From assembly GCA_034670305.1 (NCBI GenBank), contig JAXMNT010000028.1, positions 36,106-100,105 on the forward strand: a stretch of DNA of 64,000 nucleotides. Reading direction: 5' to 3'. Of the stretch, positions 9,221-20,209 are shown one piece after another (the stretch's first letter is position 1; each line of letters opens with the position of its first letter). Made by a program: the position numbers and the translations under genes. A model generated the notes under the pieces. It was not told where the DNA came from, ran no database searches, and saw only the letters and a list, made by a program, of their open reading frames with translations. Origin of the DNA: Deltaproteobacteria bacterium (lineage in GTDB: Bacteria; Myxococcota_A; Polyangia; Polyangiales; Houyiibacteriaceae).

Positions 9221-10656
9221 CCGAGTTCGAAACCGTCATCGGACTCGAAGTCCACGCGCAACTCCGCACGGGCCGCAAACTCTTCTGCCGGTGCGCCACC
9301 TCGTTCGGCGCGCCGCCCAACACGCAGATCTGTCCGGTGTGTCTCGGACTGCCCGGCGCGCTCCCGGTGGTGGATCCAGCCGCGGTGGACCTCGCGATCG
9401 CGGCTGGGCTCGCGCTCGATTGCGAGGTGCGCGCCCGGAGCGTGTTCGCGCGCAAGAGCTACTTCTATCCGGACCTCGCCAAGGGCTACCAGATCACGCA
9501 GTTCGAGCGCCCCTTGCTCGAACGGGGGCACCTCCAAATCGGTGACCAGCGCACGCGCATTCTGCGCATCCACATGGAGGAGGACGCCGCGAAGAGTGGC
9601 CACTCGTCCGCGGGGACGGTGGTGGACTTCAACCGCGCGGGCGTCGCGTTGATCGAGATCGTCTCCGAACCGGATCTCAGGTCCGCCGAAGATGCCGAAG
9701 CGTACCTGCGCGCCCTGCGCGAGATCTTGCTCCACGTCGGCGCATGCGACGGCAACCTGGAAGAAGGGTCCTTCCGCTGCGACGCCAACGTTTCGGTGCG
9801 GCCCGCGGGGGATCCAGTGCTCGGGACCCGCGTCGAGCTCAAGAACATCAACTCGTTCCGATTCGTCCGACTCGCGATCGACAACGAAGCGGCGCGCCAG
9901 CGCGCCATCGTCTCGAGCGGCGGCACGGTCGTGCAGCAGACCCGCAGCTGGGACGAGGCGAAGCAGTCCACGTTCTTGATGCGCACCAAAGAAGAAGCGG
10001 AGGACTACCGCTACTTCCCCGATCCGGATCTGCCGACGCTCGTCGTCTCGCAGGGCCGCATCCGCGCCATCGAATCGACGCTGCCCGAGCGTCCTGCGGC
10101 GCGCCGCCTCCGCTGGCAGGCCACCTACGGCGTCTTGCCCGAACAATCCGAACCGCTCGGCGCCCATCCCCAGGTGGCGAACTACGTCGACGAGGTCGTG
10201 TCCAAGGTGCTCGAGTCCACCGAAGACAACCACGCCGACGCGGGCCGAAGGGTGCTGCTCTTCTTGCTCGGCGAGGTGCTTCGACACATCCCACTCGACG
10301 GGGTTCACGCGCGCTTCGCGGTGGACGCTGAGCGCCTGAGCGAGCTGCTCGTGCTGGTCGAGCGAGGCACCATTCACGTCGGCGTCGCCAAGGACGTGTT
10401 TCAGCGACTCCTCGAGACCGACGCGCGGCCAGCAGACATCGTCGAAGCCGAAGGTCTCGCACAGCTCACGGACGCGAACGCCATCGCGGACGTCGTCGCG
10501 AAGATCGTCGCCGATCATCCCGCGCAGCTGGCGCAATACCGGGCGGGCAAGACCAAGGTGTTCGGCTTCTTCGTCGGCCAGGTGATGAAGGCCACCCGCG
10601 GGCGGGCAAACCCGGCCCAGGTGCAGGCCGCGGTGCGCGCCGCGCTCGACTCATAG
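9217..10656 (+). CDS. gatB: Asp/Glu-tRNA amidotransferase subunit B
   Basis: IGLEVHAQL, RKSYFYPDLAKGYQITQ, HMEEDAAK, RCDANVS, DYRYFPDPDLP, GQVMKATRG. Confidence 0.95.
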   Translation: MTEFETVIGLEVHAQLRTGRKLFCRCATSFGAPPNTQICPVCLGLPGALPVVDPAAVDLAIAAGLALDCEVRARSVFARKSYFYPDLAKGYQITQFERPLLERGHLQIGDQRTRILRIHMEEDAAKSGHSSAGTVVDFNRAGVALIEIVSEPDLRSAEDAEAYLRALREILLHVGACDGNLEEGSFRCDANVSVRPAGDPVLGTRVELKNINSFRFVRLAIDNEAARQRAIVSSGGTVVQQTRSWDEAKQSTFLMRTKEEAEDYRYFPDPDLPTLVVSQGRIRAIESTLPERPAARRLRWQATYGVLPEQSEPLGAHPQVANYVDEVVSKVLESTEDNHADAGRRVLLFLLGEVLRHIPLDGVHARFAVDAERLSELLVLVERGTIHVGVAKDVFQRLLETDARPADIVEAEGLAQLTDANAIADVVAKIVADHPAQLAQYRAGKTKVFGFFVGQVMKATRGRANPAQVQAAVRAALDS

Positions 10657-10739
10657 TCGCGCATCTCCGGGCGCGGCGTCGCGCGCTCAGAAACAGAAGC
10701 TCGACGCGTGGTCGCGCATCTCCGCTTCGTCGGGTGCGC

Positions 10740-11894
10740 TCAGAAGCAGAAGCCGACGCAGGAGCCGCCGGGGAAACAAGCGCAGGGTCCAGCGGGCGCA
10801 CACGCGCTCGACGACCCGCACATGCAGTTCCCAGACGTGCACCGATCGGTCGAGTCGCCGTCGCACGCGCGGCCACACGCGCCGCAGTGGTCGAAGTTGT
10901 TGGTGGTGTTGGTGCAGAGCGTGCCGCAGCACGCCTCAGACGCCGCGCAGGTTCGACCGCACGCGCCGCAGTGCTCGACGTTGTTCTCGACCGTCACACA
11001 GCTTCCCCCGCAGCAGCGCTGCGTGCCCAGGCATGCGACGCCTGCGCCGCACCGGCAGACGCCAGCCACGCAACTCTCGCCCGCCGCACAGGCAGGCTCG
11101 CAAGGAACGTCGGTGGTGCACGTGCCCGCCAAGCAGACCTCTTCGCCGCTGCAGGTCACGCCGCATGCCCCGCAGTTCGCGGAGTCGGCGGACGTATCGA
11201 GGCACGCGCCGTCGCAGCAAGACTGTCCGGTGGTGCATGCCGCGCCCGCGCCGCACATGCAGGTGCGCGTGGTGGCTTCACAGGTCTCGCCATCGGCGCA
11301 CGCAGGGTCGCAGGGAGGAATCACGCACGCGCCGGCCTCGCACACCTGACCCACCTCGCAGGCGCGCCCGCAGGTGCCGCAGTTGAGCGCGTCGGTCATG
11401 ATCTCTTGGCAGCCGTCTTCGCAGCAGACGCTTCCGTCCACGCACTGAGGATCTTCGCCGCAGCGGCACTGGCCCGAAGCGCAGGTCGTGCCGCGCGTGC
11501 CGCACATGCGACCGCACGCGCCACAGTGAACCGGGTCCGTCGGCAAGCTCGCGCACACGCCATCGCAACACGACTGGCCACTCGGACACGGCGTGTCCGG
11601 TCCGCATCCCGGATCGACACACGTGCCGAGCCGACAGATCTGTTCGCCCACACAGTCGGGCACACACGCGAAGCCGGTGTCGGCCGCGTCCACACCCGGG
11701 ACATCTTCGGGCACACCCATGTCGGGGGTGCCTGTGTCGGTGCGCGCGGCGTCGACGCGGGTTCCGCTGTCTTCGCGAATGGTGCCGGACGCACAGCCAA
11801 GCGCGAACAGCCCAGTGGCCAGGACCCCCACGACCCCCAGAAAAGAGGCCGAAGCCAGCGCAGTGGAAGGTGGGCGAGTGGAAAGAGAAGTCAT
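10740..11894 (-). CDS. Cys-rich secreted lipoprotein with repeated D-x-x-[NH]-C-G-x-C-G-x-x-C units
   Basis: Lipobox ALGC; five repeats such as DPVHCGACGRMC, DALNCGTCGRAC, DSANCGACGVTC. Confidence 0.8.
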   Translation of the reverse strand: MTSLSTRPPSTALASASFLGVVGVLATGLFALGCASGTIREDSGTRVDAARTDTGTPDMGVPEDVPGVDAADTGFACVPDCVGEQICRLGTCVDPGCGPDTPCPSGQSCCDGVCASLPTDPVHCGACGRMCGTRGTTCASGQCRCGEDPQCVDGSVCCEDGCQEIMTDALNCGTCGRACEVGQVCEAGACVIPPCDPACADGETCEATTRTCMCGAGAACTTGQSCCDGACLDTSADSANCGACGVTCSGEEVCLAGTCTTDVPCEPACAAGESCVAGVCRCGAGVACLGTQRCCGGSCVTVENNVEHCGACGRTCAASEACCGTLCTNTTNNFDHCGACGRACDGDSTDRCTSGNCMCGSSSACAPAGPCACFPGGSCVGFCF

Positions 11895-12058
11895 GGCGTC
11901 CGAAGTGTGCAGGAAGGGTACGGGGCGCGCCTGTCAGTTGCTGCGACATTCCGCACGAACCTCATGTTTCTGAGATGCTCCGGAGCGCGAACGCTGCTCA
12001 CCCGGCATTGACGTGTGGGTGAAACCCCGGCATCTTCCGTTCTAGGTAAACCTTTCCA

Positions 12059-13093
12059 GTGACCGATTCCGACGACGAGGCGCTCCGAGAGGGCGCAGCG
12101 CACGACATCCGCAACGTGCTCGCGACCATCGCGGGCTGGGCGGACCTCGCTCGCGCGAAGCAAGTCCCGATCGAAGAAGCGTTGGCCGCGATCCAAGCCG
12201 CCGCCCTCACGGGCCAGCGCACCGCCGACGTGCTGATGGGTGCGGCCACCGACGAGCCGGACGTCTGCGACCTCGGAGCGGTGGCGGAGGACGTCGTTCG
12301 GCTGCTCGGTCCCACCGCCCGCGCCAAGAAGGTGCAGCTCCAAGTCCGTTCCACGTTTGGTCCCGTCTACGCTGCGCTTGGCCGCACCGACGCGACCCGC
12401 ATCGCGTGGAACCTGGCGCTCAATGCGATTCAGGTCCTCCGAACCGGCGAGCAGGTCACTCTGGTGGTCGAAAGCACCTCGCAGACGGGTTCGCTCCGGG
12501 TCGAGGACAACGGACCGGGCATGGACCGGCAGACCCAGGCCCGCGTTCTGCAGCACCGCCAGAGCGAACGCCCCGGCGGTCGCGGCATCGGCCTCTCGGC
12601 GGTGCGCCAACTGGTCAAGGCAGCGGGCGGCACGGTGAGTCTGGACTCTGCGCCTGGACGTGGGACCTCGTTTCGCATCGACCTCCCACTCGGAACGCCC
12701 GCGCGTCGAAGCTCGGCGAGCGGCGTGACCCGCGCGGTGCAATCGGTGCTCGTCGTCGAGGACGACGCCGGTGTGCGCGAGCTCGTGTGCACCACCCTCG
12801 CGCTTCGCGACCTCAACGTCGTCGCGGTGGGTTCGGCTTCGGAAGCCGCCAAGATGGAAGGTTCGTTCGACGTCGCCCTCGTCGATCTCACCCTCGGAGA
12901 CGGCTCGGGCGACGACGTGATCGCCGACCTTCGTGCCCGGCGGGTCGCGCAACGATGCGTGCTGATGAGTGGCATGCCGTCGAGCCCGACGCCGACCTTA
13001 GACGGCCGGCCGGATCACTGGCTCCGAAAGCCATTCGACTCCCGCCAACTGTTGGACGCCCTGGGCGTGGCCGCGGTCGAAGCCGCCGTCTGA
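12059..13093 (+). CDS. Cytoplasmic hybrid histidine kinase/receiver protein
   Basis: HDIRNVL, NLALNA, DNGPG, GIGL, GRGTSF; receiver VLVVEDD...LVDL...KPF. Confidence 0.85.
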   Translation: MTDSDDEALREGAAHDIRNVLATIAGWADLARAKQVPIEEALAAIQAAALTGQRTADVLMGAATDEPDVCDLGAVAEDVVRLLGPTARAKKVQLQVRSTFGPVYAALGRTDATRIAWNLALNAIQVLRTGEQVTLVVESTSQTGSLRVEDNGPGMDRQTQARVLQHRQSERPGGRGIGLSAVRQLVKAAGGTVSLDSAPGRGTSFRIDLPLGTPARRSSASGVTRAVQSVLVVEDDAGVRELVCTTLALRDLNVVAVGSASEAAKMEGSFDVALVDLTLGDGSGDDVIADLRARRVAQRCVLMSGMPSSPTPTLDGRPDHWLRKPFDSRQLLDALGVAAVEAAV

Positions 13094-13219
13094 CCTCTCC
13101 GCCGTGCGCCCCCGAACTTCCGGGGTGGTCCCCCGGAAACGACCTGGTATCGTCGAACCCGTGCACTGCGACTCCCACAGCCAGCACTGCGATTCCCGAA
13201 GCCAGCACCGCTGCATCCC

Positions 13220-14659
13220 ATGGCTTCGCCTCCCGCTGGAGCCGGCCGCGTGAAGGAACGTTCGGGGTGGACCACCGCCAGCGTGGAGGCGGTGCCGCGG
13301 TTGGATGGGGACAGCGACCCGACACCGGGTCTCGTACTGGTGTACTCCCGGCTGCACGAACACCTGCCCGCGGCGCTCCCGTTCACCGGCGCGTTGACGA
13401 CGCTCGGGCGAGAATCCGACAACACATTGTCGATCCCGGAAGCGGCGGTCAGCCGACACCACGCACGGGTCGAGATGCGCGGAGACCGGTACTGGATCGT
13501 CGATCAGGGATCGACGAACGGGACCGTGATCAATGGAACCAAAGTTCCTGAGCACTGTCTCCGAGAACACGACATCGTGCGCGTCGGTGACACAATCTTT
13601 CGACACGTCGAGCGTGGCGTCTACGGGTATGGCGCGTACCGGCTCGATGGCACCACCGTCGACACCGCCCGCCCGTTTCCCCATTCGGTAAGCGGCTCGC
13701 CGATCGTGGGTGGGCTCCAGGTCGACGCGCTGCTGGCACAACTGGAGAAGGTCGCGAACACCGCACTGTCGGTGGTCATCCACGGCGAGAGCGGCACCGG
13801 CAAAGAGTTGGTCGCGCAAGAGCTGCATCGGCTCAGCCGACGCGAGGGGCCGCTGCAGGCGATCAACTGCGCCGCCCTTCCGGCCAACCTTCTGGAAAGC
13901 GAACTGTTCGGATACCGAAAGGGTGCATTCACGGGCGCTACTTCGGACAAGCTCGGACTGATTCAGGCGGCCCACCGAGGCACGCTCTTTCTGGATGAGA
14001 TCGGGGACATGCCGCTGGACGCGCAGGCCAAACTCCTGCGGGTGCTTCAGGAGAAGAAGGTCCTCCCGATCGGCGCGACGAGTCCGATTCAAGTCGATGT
14101 GCGGGCGGTCTGTGCGACCCACCGCAACCTGGACCAGTTCGTCGCGGACGGGCGCTTCCGAGGGGACCTCCTCGCTCGACTGCGGGAGTACGCCGTGGTG
14201 TTGCCGCCCTTGCGCGAGCGCCGCGAAGATCTGTGTCGCCTGGTCGCGCATTTTCTCGAGCGCAGCGGGCACCCCAAGACGCGGCTGAGCTTTCCGTACA
14301 TGCTCGCGCTCGCCCACTACGACTGGCCCTACAACGTGCGAGAGCTCGAGAGCGCTGTGAAGCTATCGCTCGCGCTCTCGGATGGGAGCGAACTCGATCT
14401 GGTGCACTTGCCCGCGGGCATTCAGGCAGCGCTCGATCGCCACGGCGAACCGGCGCGCGACAGCATCCGCCCGCCGACTCCGTCCAAGCCGCCCGCCAAG
14501 AAACCTCGAGGGACGACCCCGACCGAAGAGGAGCTGCGTGCGCTCTTGACGGAACATCAGGGCAACATCGCGGCGGTCGGCCGGGAGCTCGGCAAGAAGC
14601 GGATGCAGATCCACCGCTGGCTCAAGCGCTACGACATCGACATCGAAGAATACCGCTAG
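13220..14659 (+). CDS. FHA-domain sigma54-dependent enhancer-binding protein
   Basis: FHA (GR, SRHHA, STNGT); [35 protein letters not shown]; Fis-type HTH. Confidence 0.92.
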   Translation: MASPPAGAGRVKERSGWTTASVEAVPRLDGDSDPTPGLVLVYSRLHEHLPAALPFTGALTTLGRESDNTLSIPEAAVSRHHARVEMRGDRYWIVDQGSTNGTVINGTKVPEHCLREHDIVRVGDTIFRHVERGVYGYGAYRLDGTTVDTARPFPHSVSGSPIVGGLQVDALLAQLEKVANTALSVVIHGESGTGKELVAQELHRLSRREGPLQAINCAALPANLLESELFGYRKGAFTGATSDKLGLIQAAHRGTLFLDEIGDMPLDAQAKLLRVLQEKKVLPIGATSPIQVDVRAVCATHRNLDQFVADGRFRGDLLARLREYAVVLPPLRERREDLCRLVAHFLERSGHPKTRLSFPYMLALAHYDWPYNVRELESAVKLSLALSDGSELDLVHLPAGIQAALDRHGEPARDSIRPPTPSKPPAKKPRGTTPTEEELRALLTEHQGNIAAVGRELGKKRMQIHRWLKRYDIDIEEYR

Positions 14660-14722
14660 CAGGTCGCTGAAAAGCGACCTGCGCCGTTGCCCTTGCCGTT
14701 GCCCTTGCCCGTGCCCCTGCCC
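14659..14722 (+). repeat. Perfect hairpin GCAGGTCGCT-GAAA-AGCGACCTGC followed by a (CCCTTG/CCGTTG)n tail
   Basis: 10-bp stem 14659-14682 immediately after the stop codon; related element at 63879. Confidence 0.75.
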
Positions 14723-14943
14723 GCGTCGTGGACGGCACCGATACCAACCTACCGTCAAGATCCGCACAGCCCCCTGTCCGCCGGCCGTCGCCCTTGATAT
14801 CGTTGGTCTTTTCGGGGGAACGGTTGTTGCTCTAGTCAACCGACGTGGGTGACGTACTGCCATTTCCGGGAGGGACGCTTGATGAGGTCCCCTCCACCCC
14901 CTATCTTGAGCGCCATCGACTCGGCTCCTCCGGTCCATCCCCC

Positions 14944-17900
14944 ATGGCTTCCACTACCCACGGCCGCGCGCTGCCCAGTCCCGTTTGCGTTGGACGCGAA
15001 CCGGAACTCGATCGACTGACCGAGTTCCATCGCGACGCAGAGCGCAGCGGGGAACGGCTGGTGCTCGTGGAGGGCCCTTCGGGAAGCGGCAAGTCCCGCC
15101 TGCTGGCCGAGCTCGCCCGCCGAACCCGCCTCGACGGTGGCGTCGTGCTCGAGGGCCGCTGCGATCCCGGCCGTGCGTTCGGTGCATTTGCCACCATCGT
15201 CGAACGGGCGCTTCGCTTTCTCGACGACATGAGCGTCACGACCACCGTCGACCTGCGCGACCTCGCGTGCTCGAGTGGCTGCCACCGGTTCTGGCATCAG
15301 CACGTCCAAGAGGCGGGCAACCGTCTGGACGAAGACACCCGAGAAGCGAAAGAGCGCAGGCTCCGCTTCTTCGATGCGGTGCGCGGTGTGCTCCGCGATG
15401 TCTCTCGCGTCCGTGCGCCACTGGTGCTGTTGCACGACCTCGAGCGAAGCGACGAAGCCACGCTTCAGCTCCTCCGCTTCCTCTTCGCCGGTGCAGGACC
15501 CTGGACCGACGGCGTCGACCCGGGCCAGTCGATGCACGCGCTCGTGCTCGCGAGCGTGGGCCCCGGTGAGAGCCGCCTGAACACACTCCGCGACCAAGAC
15601 ACCACGACCGTGATGAAGGTCGGGAAACTCGACGCCGACGGAGTGCGGGCGCTCTTGCAGAGCGAGACGATGGTGCGCCGGGTGCTCGAACGCACCGGCG
15701 GACTTCCAGAGCGGATCGAACTGCTGCTCGAGGCGGACCCGCTCAGCCCGCGCCAAGCGCTGACGCGTCGACTCGACGTGCTCTCGGACGGAGCGCGGGC
15801 GCTGCTCGAAGCCCTCTCGGTGTTGGAGCATCCGTCGGACCTGGAGCTCGTCGGCAAGGTGGCCGCGGTGGACATCTCGCCGGCAGACCGACAGGCCATC
15901 GCGCAGTCGGGGCTCGTCGACCAGACCGTGCTCGACGGCAAGATCCTCTTCGCGTTCAACCGCGAAAGCCAGCGGGCGCTCGCCTACGAGAGCATGCCCG
16001 AAGCGCGGCGCCGCGAGATGCACCGCACCTGCGCCAAACTCTTCGTGGACGAACACCGACGCGAACAAGCCGCGCGCCACGCGCTCGATGCGGGCGACTT
16101 CGAACAAGCCGTGCCGATGTCGCTCGAGGACGCGCAGGCACTCGCCGCCCGCCACGCCCACGCCGAGGCCGCCGCGCTGCTCGAGCGGGTGCTGGAACGC
16201 GCCCCGGCCGAGGCGATTCCGCCCGAACTGCGCGAGTACCTCTCCGAACTCTACCGAGTGGTCGGTGAGTACAAGAACGCCCTCACCCACGCGGAAGTGC
16301 TGCGGGATCAATTTCCGCGAGACGCCATGGCGGCCCACCGGGTCGGCCGGCTGCTCACGCTCTCCGGTCAGCTCGACGAGGCCGCCAAGTCTTTGCGCGC
16401 CGCCCACGAACTCGCGGTGCGGGTCGAGGTTCGGGTCCTGGTCGAAACGGCGCTTGCCGAACTCGACTACCAACGCGGCCGTTTCGACGACGCCGCGAAC
16501 TGGGCCAACCAAGCACTCGAGGCCAAGCTCGAAGCCGAAGAACTGCCGCTGATGATCCACGCCCGCAACACGCTGGGCAAAGTGGCACTCGCGCGAAAAG
16601 AAGCCGCGAGCGCATCGGTCTTCTTCGAAGCGAACCGCCTCGCCGCGGAGGCTGCCGGCCTCGGCCACGAAGAAGCCCAGGCGCGCACGAACTTGGGCGT
16701 GGCACGGATGCGGGAGCAGCGTCTCGACGAAGCCCGGGAATGCTTCGCGCGGGCGATCGAAGTGGCCGCCGCGGTCAACGACTCGCGCGACTTGGCGATC
16801 GCCACCGAGAACCTCGCGGTCCTGGCCCACCTGCGCCGGAACTACAAAGAGGCCCTCGACAGCTACCACGAAGCCGTCACCTTGCTGAAACGCCTCGGCA
16901 ACCGAGCGATGCTCGCGCGGGTGGGCATCAACTTGGGCGAGCTCTACCTCAGCCTTGGCGACGCCCGACGCGCCGGCGCGCTGTGCGACTTTGCCCAGCA
17001 CATCGGGGGCCAAGACCTGCCTCCCGTGCGCGCTGGTGAATGTCTGTTGCTCCGCGGCCGCGTCGAAGCGCGACGCGGGGAGATCGACCGGAGCCGGGCC
17101 AGCCTCGAAGCGGCACACGCGTCCTTCGCGAGCGTCGAATCCACCAAAGCCAGCCAGCCGCTGGTGGAGCTCGTCCGACTTTCCCTGGTCGAGGGCGACC
17201 TTCAGGCGGCACGCAAGTTCATCGCTGCGCTTCCGGAGACCGAGTCCCCGAAACAGGCAGCCGAGCTCGCCATCCTCGACGCAGACCTCGAACGAGCCGC
17301 CGGCGGCGACACGCTCTTGGTCGCCCAGCGCGCGATGGCCGCCGCTGCTCGCGCCGAAGACGATGAGCTGCGGCTCGAAGCCCTCATCCGCCTTTGCAAA
17401 GCCCAGTGCGACGCATCGGATTTGAGCGCCGCCCATACCTTGCACGAAGCGTTCGCGCTCGAGGACGCGCTCACCGCCCGCGTGCCCGACGAAGCCAAGG
17501 ACGCGTGGCGCGGCCGCCCGACCCGCCTCGAACTCTCCGAGCTCGACTCGCGAACCGCACGCCTCGGCGGACGGCGTCCCTCGCAGATCCCCACGCCGCG
17601 CACGCGCTCGGTGGAGATGGATCGCCGCTACCCGGTGATCGCCGGAACGTCGGATCGCACCGTCCACCTGCTCGAGGTGCTGGACAAGGTCGCGCCGAGC
17701 GACGCCACCGTGCTCGTCCGCGGCGAGAGCGGTACCGGCAAGGAACTCGTCGCGGACGCGCTCCACCGTCACTCCTCCCGCAGCGACCGCCCGCTGGTGA
17801 AGGTCAACTGCGCCGCCCTGGTGGAGACGCTGTTGCTCAGCGAACTCTTCGGCCACGAGCGCGGGGCGTTCACGGGTGCGAGCGCCCGCAAGAAGGGCCG

Positions 17901-18633
17901 GTTCGAGCTCGCCGACGGCGGCACCCTCTTTCTCGATGAGATCGGCGACATCTCGCCGAAGACTCAGGTCGCGTTGCTTCGGGTCCTCCAGGAGCGCGAG
18001 TTCGAGCGTGTCGGCGGCACCCAAGCCATCAAGGTAGACGTCCGCATCATCTGCGCGACCCACCGCAACCTCGAGGCCATGGTCCAGGACGGTTCGTTCC
18101 GCGAGGACCTCTACTACCGCCTTCGCGGCGTCTCCATCGATGTGGCACCCCTCCGTGACCGGATCGGCGATCTGCCCGAGCTGGCGCACCATCTGCTCAC
18201 CCGAATTGCGGCCGAGCGGGGCGACGAGCCCCGACAGGCGTCCCCCAAGGTGCTGGAGATGCTCGAGCGCCATGCCTGGCCGGGCAACGTGCGGGAGCTC
18301 GAGAACGTGCTCCGCAGCGCCACGCTGTTCGCGGAAGGCGCCTGGCTAGAACCCAGTGATTTCGCGGCTTTGGGCGAGTCTTTCCTCCCGGTCGAGAAGC
18401 CGGTCGAGGTTCCCCAGAGCCAGTCGGTCGAAGACTCGATCTACGACCGCATCCGAAGCGGGGACAACTCGCTCCTCGAGATCAAGAAAGTCATCGAACG
18501 CGAGTGCATCGCACGCGCCTTGATGGATGCGGACGGGAACATTACCCGCGCCGCGGAGTTGTTGGGAATGAAGCGGCCTAGACTTTCACAATTAGTGAAG
18601 CAATACAGTCTGGGATCGTATAAGAAGGTGTGA
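14944..18633 (+). CDS. Large sigma54 activator: N-terminal P-loop ATPase, TPR repeats, AAA+ sigma54 domain, HTH
   Basis: [18 protein letters not shown]-like helical repeats, [24 protein letters not shown]; start could be 14845. Confidence 0.88.
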   Translation: MASTTHGRALPSPVCVGREPELDRLTEFHRDAERSGERLVLVEGPSGSGKSRLLAELARRTRLDGGVVLEGRCDPGRAFGAFATIVERALRFLDDMSVTTTVDLRDLACSSGCHRFWHQHVQEAGNRLDEDTREAKERRLRFFDAVRGVLRDVSRVRAPLVLLHDLERSDEATLQLLRFLFAGAGPWTDGVDPGQSMHALVLASVGPGESRLNTLRDQDTTTVMKVGKLDADGVRALLQSETMVRRVLERTGGLPERIELLLEADPLSPRQALTRRLDVLSDGARALLEALSVLEHPSDLELVGKVAAVDISPADRQAIAQSGLVDQTVLDGKILFAFNRESQRALAYESMPEARRREMHRTCAKLFVDEHRREQAARHALDAGDFEQAVPMSLEDAQALAARHAHAEAAALLERVLERAPAEAIPPELREYLSELYRVVGEYKNALTHAEVLRDQFPRDAMAAHRVGRLLTLSGQLDEAAKSLRAAHELAVRVEVRVLVETALAELDYQRGRFDDAANWANQALEAKLEAEELPLMIHARNTLGKVALARKEAASASVFFEANRLAAEAAGLGHEEAQARTNLGVARMREQRLDEARECFARAIEVAAAVNDSRDLAIATENLAVLAHLRRNYKEALDSYHEAVTLLKRLGNRAMLARVGINLGELYLSLGDARRAGALCDFAQHIGGQDLPPVRAGECLLLRGRVEARRGEIDRSRASLEAAHASFASVESTKASQPLVELVRLSLVEGDLQAARKFIAALPETESPKQAAELAILDADLERAAGGDTLLVAQRAMAAAARAEDDELRLEALIRLCKAQCDASDLSAAHTLHEAFALEDALTARVPDEAKDAWRGRPTRLELSELDSRTARLGGRRPSQIPTPRTRSVEMDRRYPVIAGTSDRTVHLLEVLDKVAPSDATVLVRGESGTGKELVADALHRHSSRSDRPLVKVNCAALVETLLLSELFGHERGAFTGASARKKGRFELADGGTLFLDEIGDISPKTQVALLRVLQEREFERVGGTQAIKVDVRIICATHRNLEAMVQDGSFREDLYYRLRGVSIDVAPLRDRIGDLPELAHHLLTRIAAERGDEPRQASPKVLEMLERHAWPGNVRELENVLRSATLFAEGAWLEPSDFAALGESFLPVEKPVEVPQSQSVEDSIYDRIRSGDNSLLEIKKVIERECIARALMDADGNITRAAELLGMKRPRLSQLVKQYSLGSYKKV

Positions 18634-19217
18634 AGATGAACCGGGTTAGGCACATCCTCGTCTTGACCATGCTGGCCGCCACGGCCTGCGCGGGCAGTGA
18701 GACGCAGACCGTGTCCGGGTCGTTTGAAAACGACGCGGCGCCGCTGCCCACGATCGAGCGGGACGTCTGGCAGACTGCCTTGGCTGGCTGCGAAGCCCAG
18801 CTCGAGGGCATCGAGTTGCAGTTCGGCATCGCGGCTGGCGCGCCCGAACTCGTGGTCGCGTTCGGCGAGGACAGCGTTCTCTGCGTCGACTCCTACGCCG
18901 CGGTCGAATCGGAACTCGACCTCGTCGATCCGCGACGCATCGACAGCCTCTGGCTCGGCTACGTGTCGGCGCTTCAGGAAGCCGAGCCGTTCTCTGGCGA
19001 CTACGCCCACAGCGAAGAGTCGGATGCGCTGCCGGCTGAGATCGCCGAGCGGGTGCGTGCCGCCCAGGCCGATCCGCACCCGGAGCCCAACCTCGTCGGT
19101 GAGGGGCTGCCGGACCTGGGCGTCGTCATGGCGGATCCGCATCCGGTCCCGAACGACGATCCCAACTCCGAGGATCCGATGACCGACAACGGTTCGCAGC
19201 CGCCCGCCGGCCCCTAG
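18630..19217 (+). CDS. Acidic lipoprotein, function unknown
   Basis: Lipobox TAC after a hydrophobic stretch; overlaps upstream stop (GTGA). Confidence 0.7.
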   Translation: MKMNRVRHILVLTMLAATACAGSETQTVSGSFENDAAPLPTIERDVWQTALAGCEAQLEGIELQFGIAAGAPELVVAFGEDSVLCVDSYAAVESELDLVDPRRIDSLWLGYVSALQEAEPFSGDYAHSEESDALPAEIAERVRAAQADPHPEPNLVGEGLPDLGVVMADPHPVPNDDPNSEDPMTDNGSQPPAGP

Positions 19218-19237
19218 GCGGCGTCGTCGGATTCACG

Positions 19238-20038
19238 ATTCTGGATGGGCCACTCGGCAGCGAGTTGGCCCATCATGGTGTGTCGACCACCCTTCCCCGC
19301 TGGAGTGCGTCGGCACTCGAGACGGATCCGGAGGTGGTCCTGGCCATCCACACCGCCTATCGGGAAGCGGGCGCCACCGTCCACACCACCAACACGTTTC
19401 GCACCCGCGAACGAACCTGCGGCACCGGCTGGCGCGTACTGGCCGAACGCGCTGCGGAGCTCGCTCGGGCAGGCGCGGGGGACGGACGCGTCGCCGGCTC
19501 CATCGCGCCCCTCGAGGACTGCTACGAGCCGGAGCGGAGCATCGGCGCCGCATCCGAAACCGAGCACCAGCGCCTCGCGGAGGTGCTTGCGCCGCACTGC
19601 GACCTGTTGTTGTGCGAGACCTTTGCGCATCCGGACGAGGCGCTCGCCGCCGTCCGCGCCGCGACCTCCACGGGTCGGCCGGTGTGGCTGGCTTTGACGG
19701 CAGGGCCCGAGGCCTCGCTGCTCACCCCCGACCTGATGGCAGAGGTCGCGCGCCGGGCGGTCGGTCTCGGCGTGGGGGCCGTCCTCGTCAACTGCACGCC
19801 GGCGCTCGATACCCGGCGCTTCCTCGACGCCATCGCCGGGTGCGGCGTGCCCATCGGCGCGTACGCCAATGCCGGCCACGCCAACGATGAGATCGGGTGG
19901 ACCGCGTCGCCCGAGCCCGGCGCCGAGCGCTACGCGGAGCTCGCGTCCAGCTGGGTGGATGCCGGCGCGGAGATCCTCGGGTCGTGCTGTGGGACGGGCC
20001 CGGCGCACATCCGCGCGCTGGCGGAGCGCTTCACGTAG
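19238..20038 (+). CDS. Homocysteine S-methyltransferase family protein (start uncertain)
   Basis: ILDGPLGSEL, HTAYREAGA, TTNTF, AGSIAPLEDCY, VNC, GSCCGTGPAHI; first canonical start is 19265. Confidence 0.85.
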   Translation: MLDGPLGSELAHHGVSTTLPRWSASALETDPEVVLAIHTAYREAGATVHTTNTFRTRERTCGTGWRVLAERAAELARAGAGDGRVAGSIAPLEDCYEPERSIGAASETEHQRLAEVLAPHCDLLLCETFAHPDEALAAVRAATSTGRPVWLALTAGPEASLLTPDLMAEVARRAVGLGVGAVLVNCTPALDTRRFLDAIAGCGVPIGAYANAGHANDEIGWTASPEPGAERYAELASSWVDAGAEILGSCCGTGPAHIRALAERFT

Positions 20039-20049
20039 TAGCCGAAACG

Positions 20050-20195
20050 GCGTCGCGGCGTCGGCGTCGACGCCGAAGCCGATCCCGAAGCCGAAGCCGA
20101 AGCCGACGCCGAAGCCGAAGCCGAAGCCGACCCCGACCCCGACCCCGAAGCCGACGCCGACGCCGAAGCCGAGCCGAGCCGAGCCGATCCCGAAG
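20050..20195. repeat. Hexamer repeat island (CCGAAG/CCGACG/CCGACC)n between convergent genes
   Basis: Directly visible. Confidence 0.9.
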
Positions 20196-20209
20196 CTCGA
20201 CTCGTTCGT

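Noticed and set aside
10687-10932. 81-aa ORF ending SSFCF
   Set aside because: Mostly an out-of-frame overlap with the lipoprotein; only its last codons reflect the duplicated end
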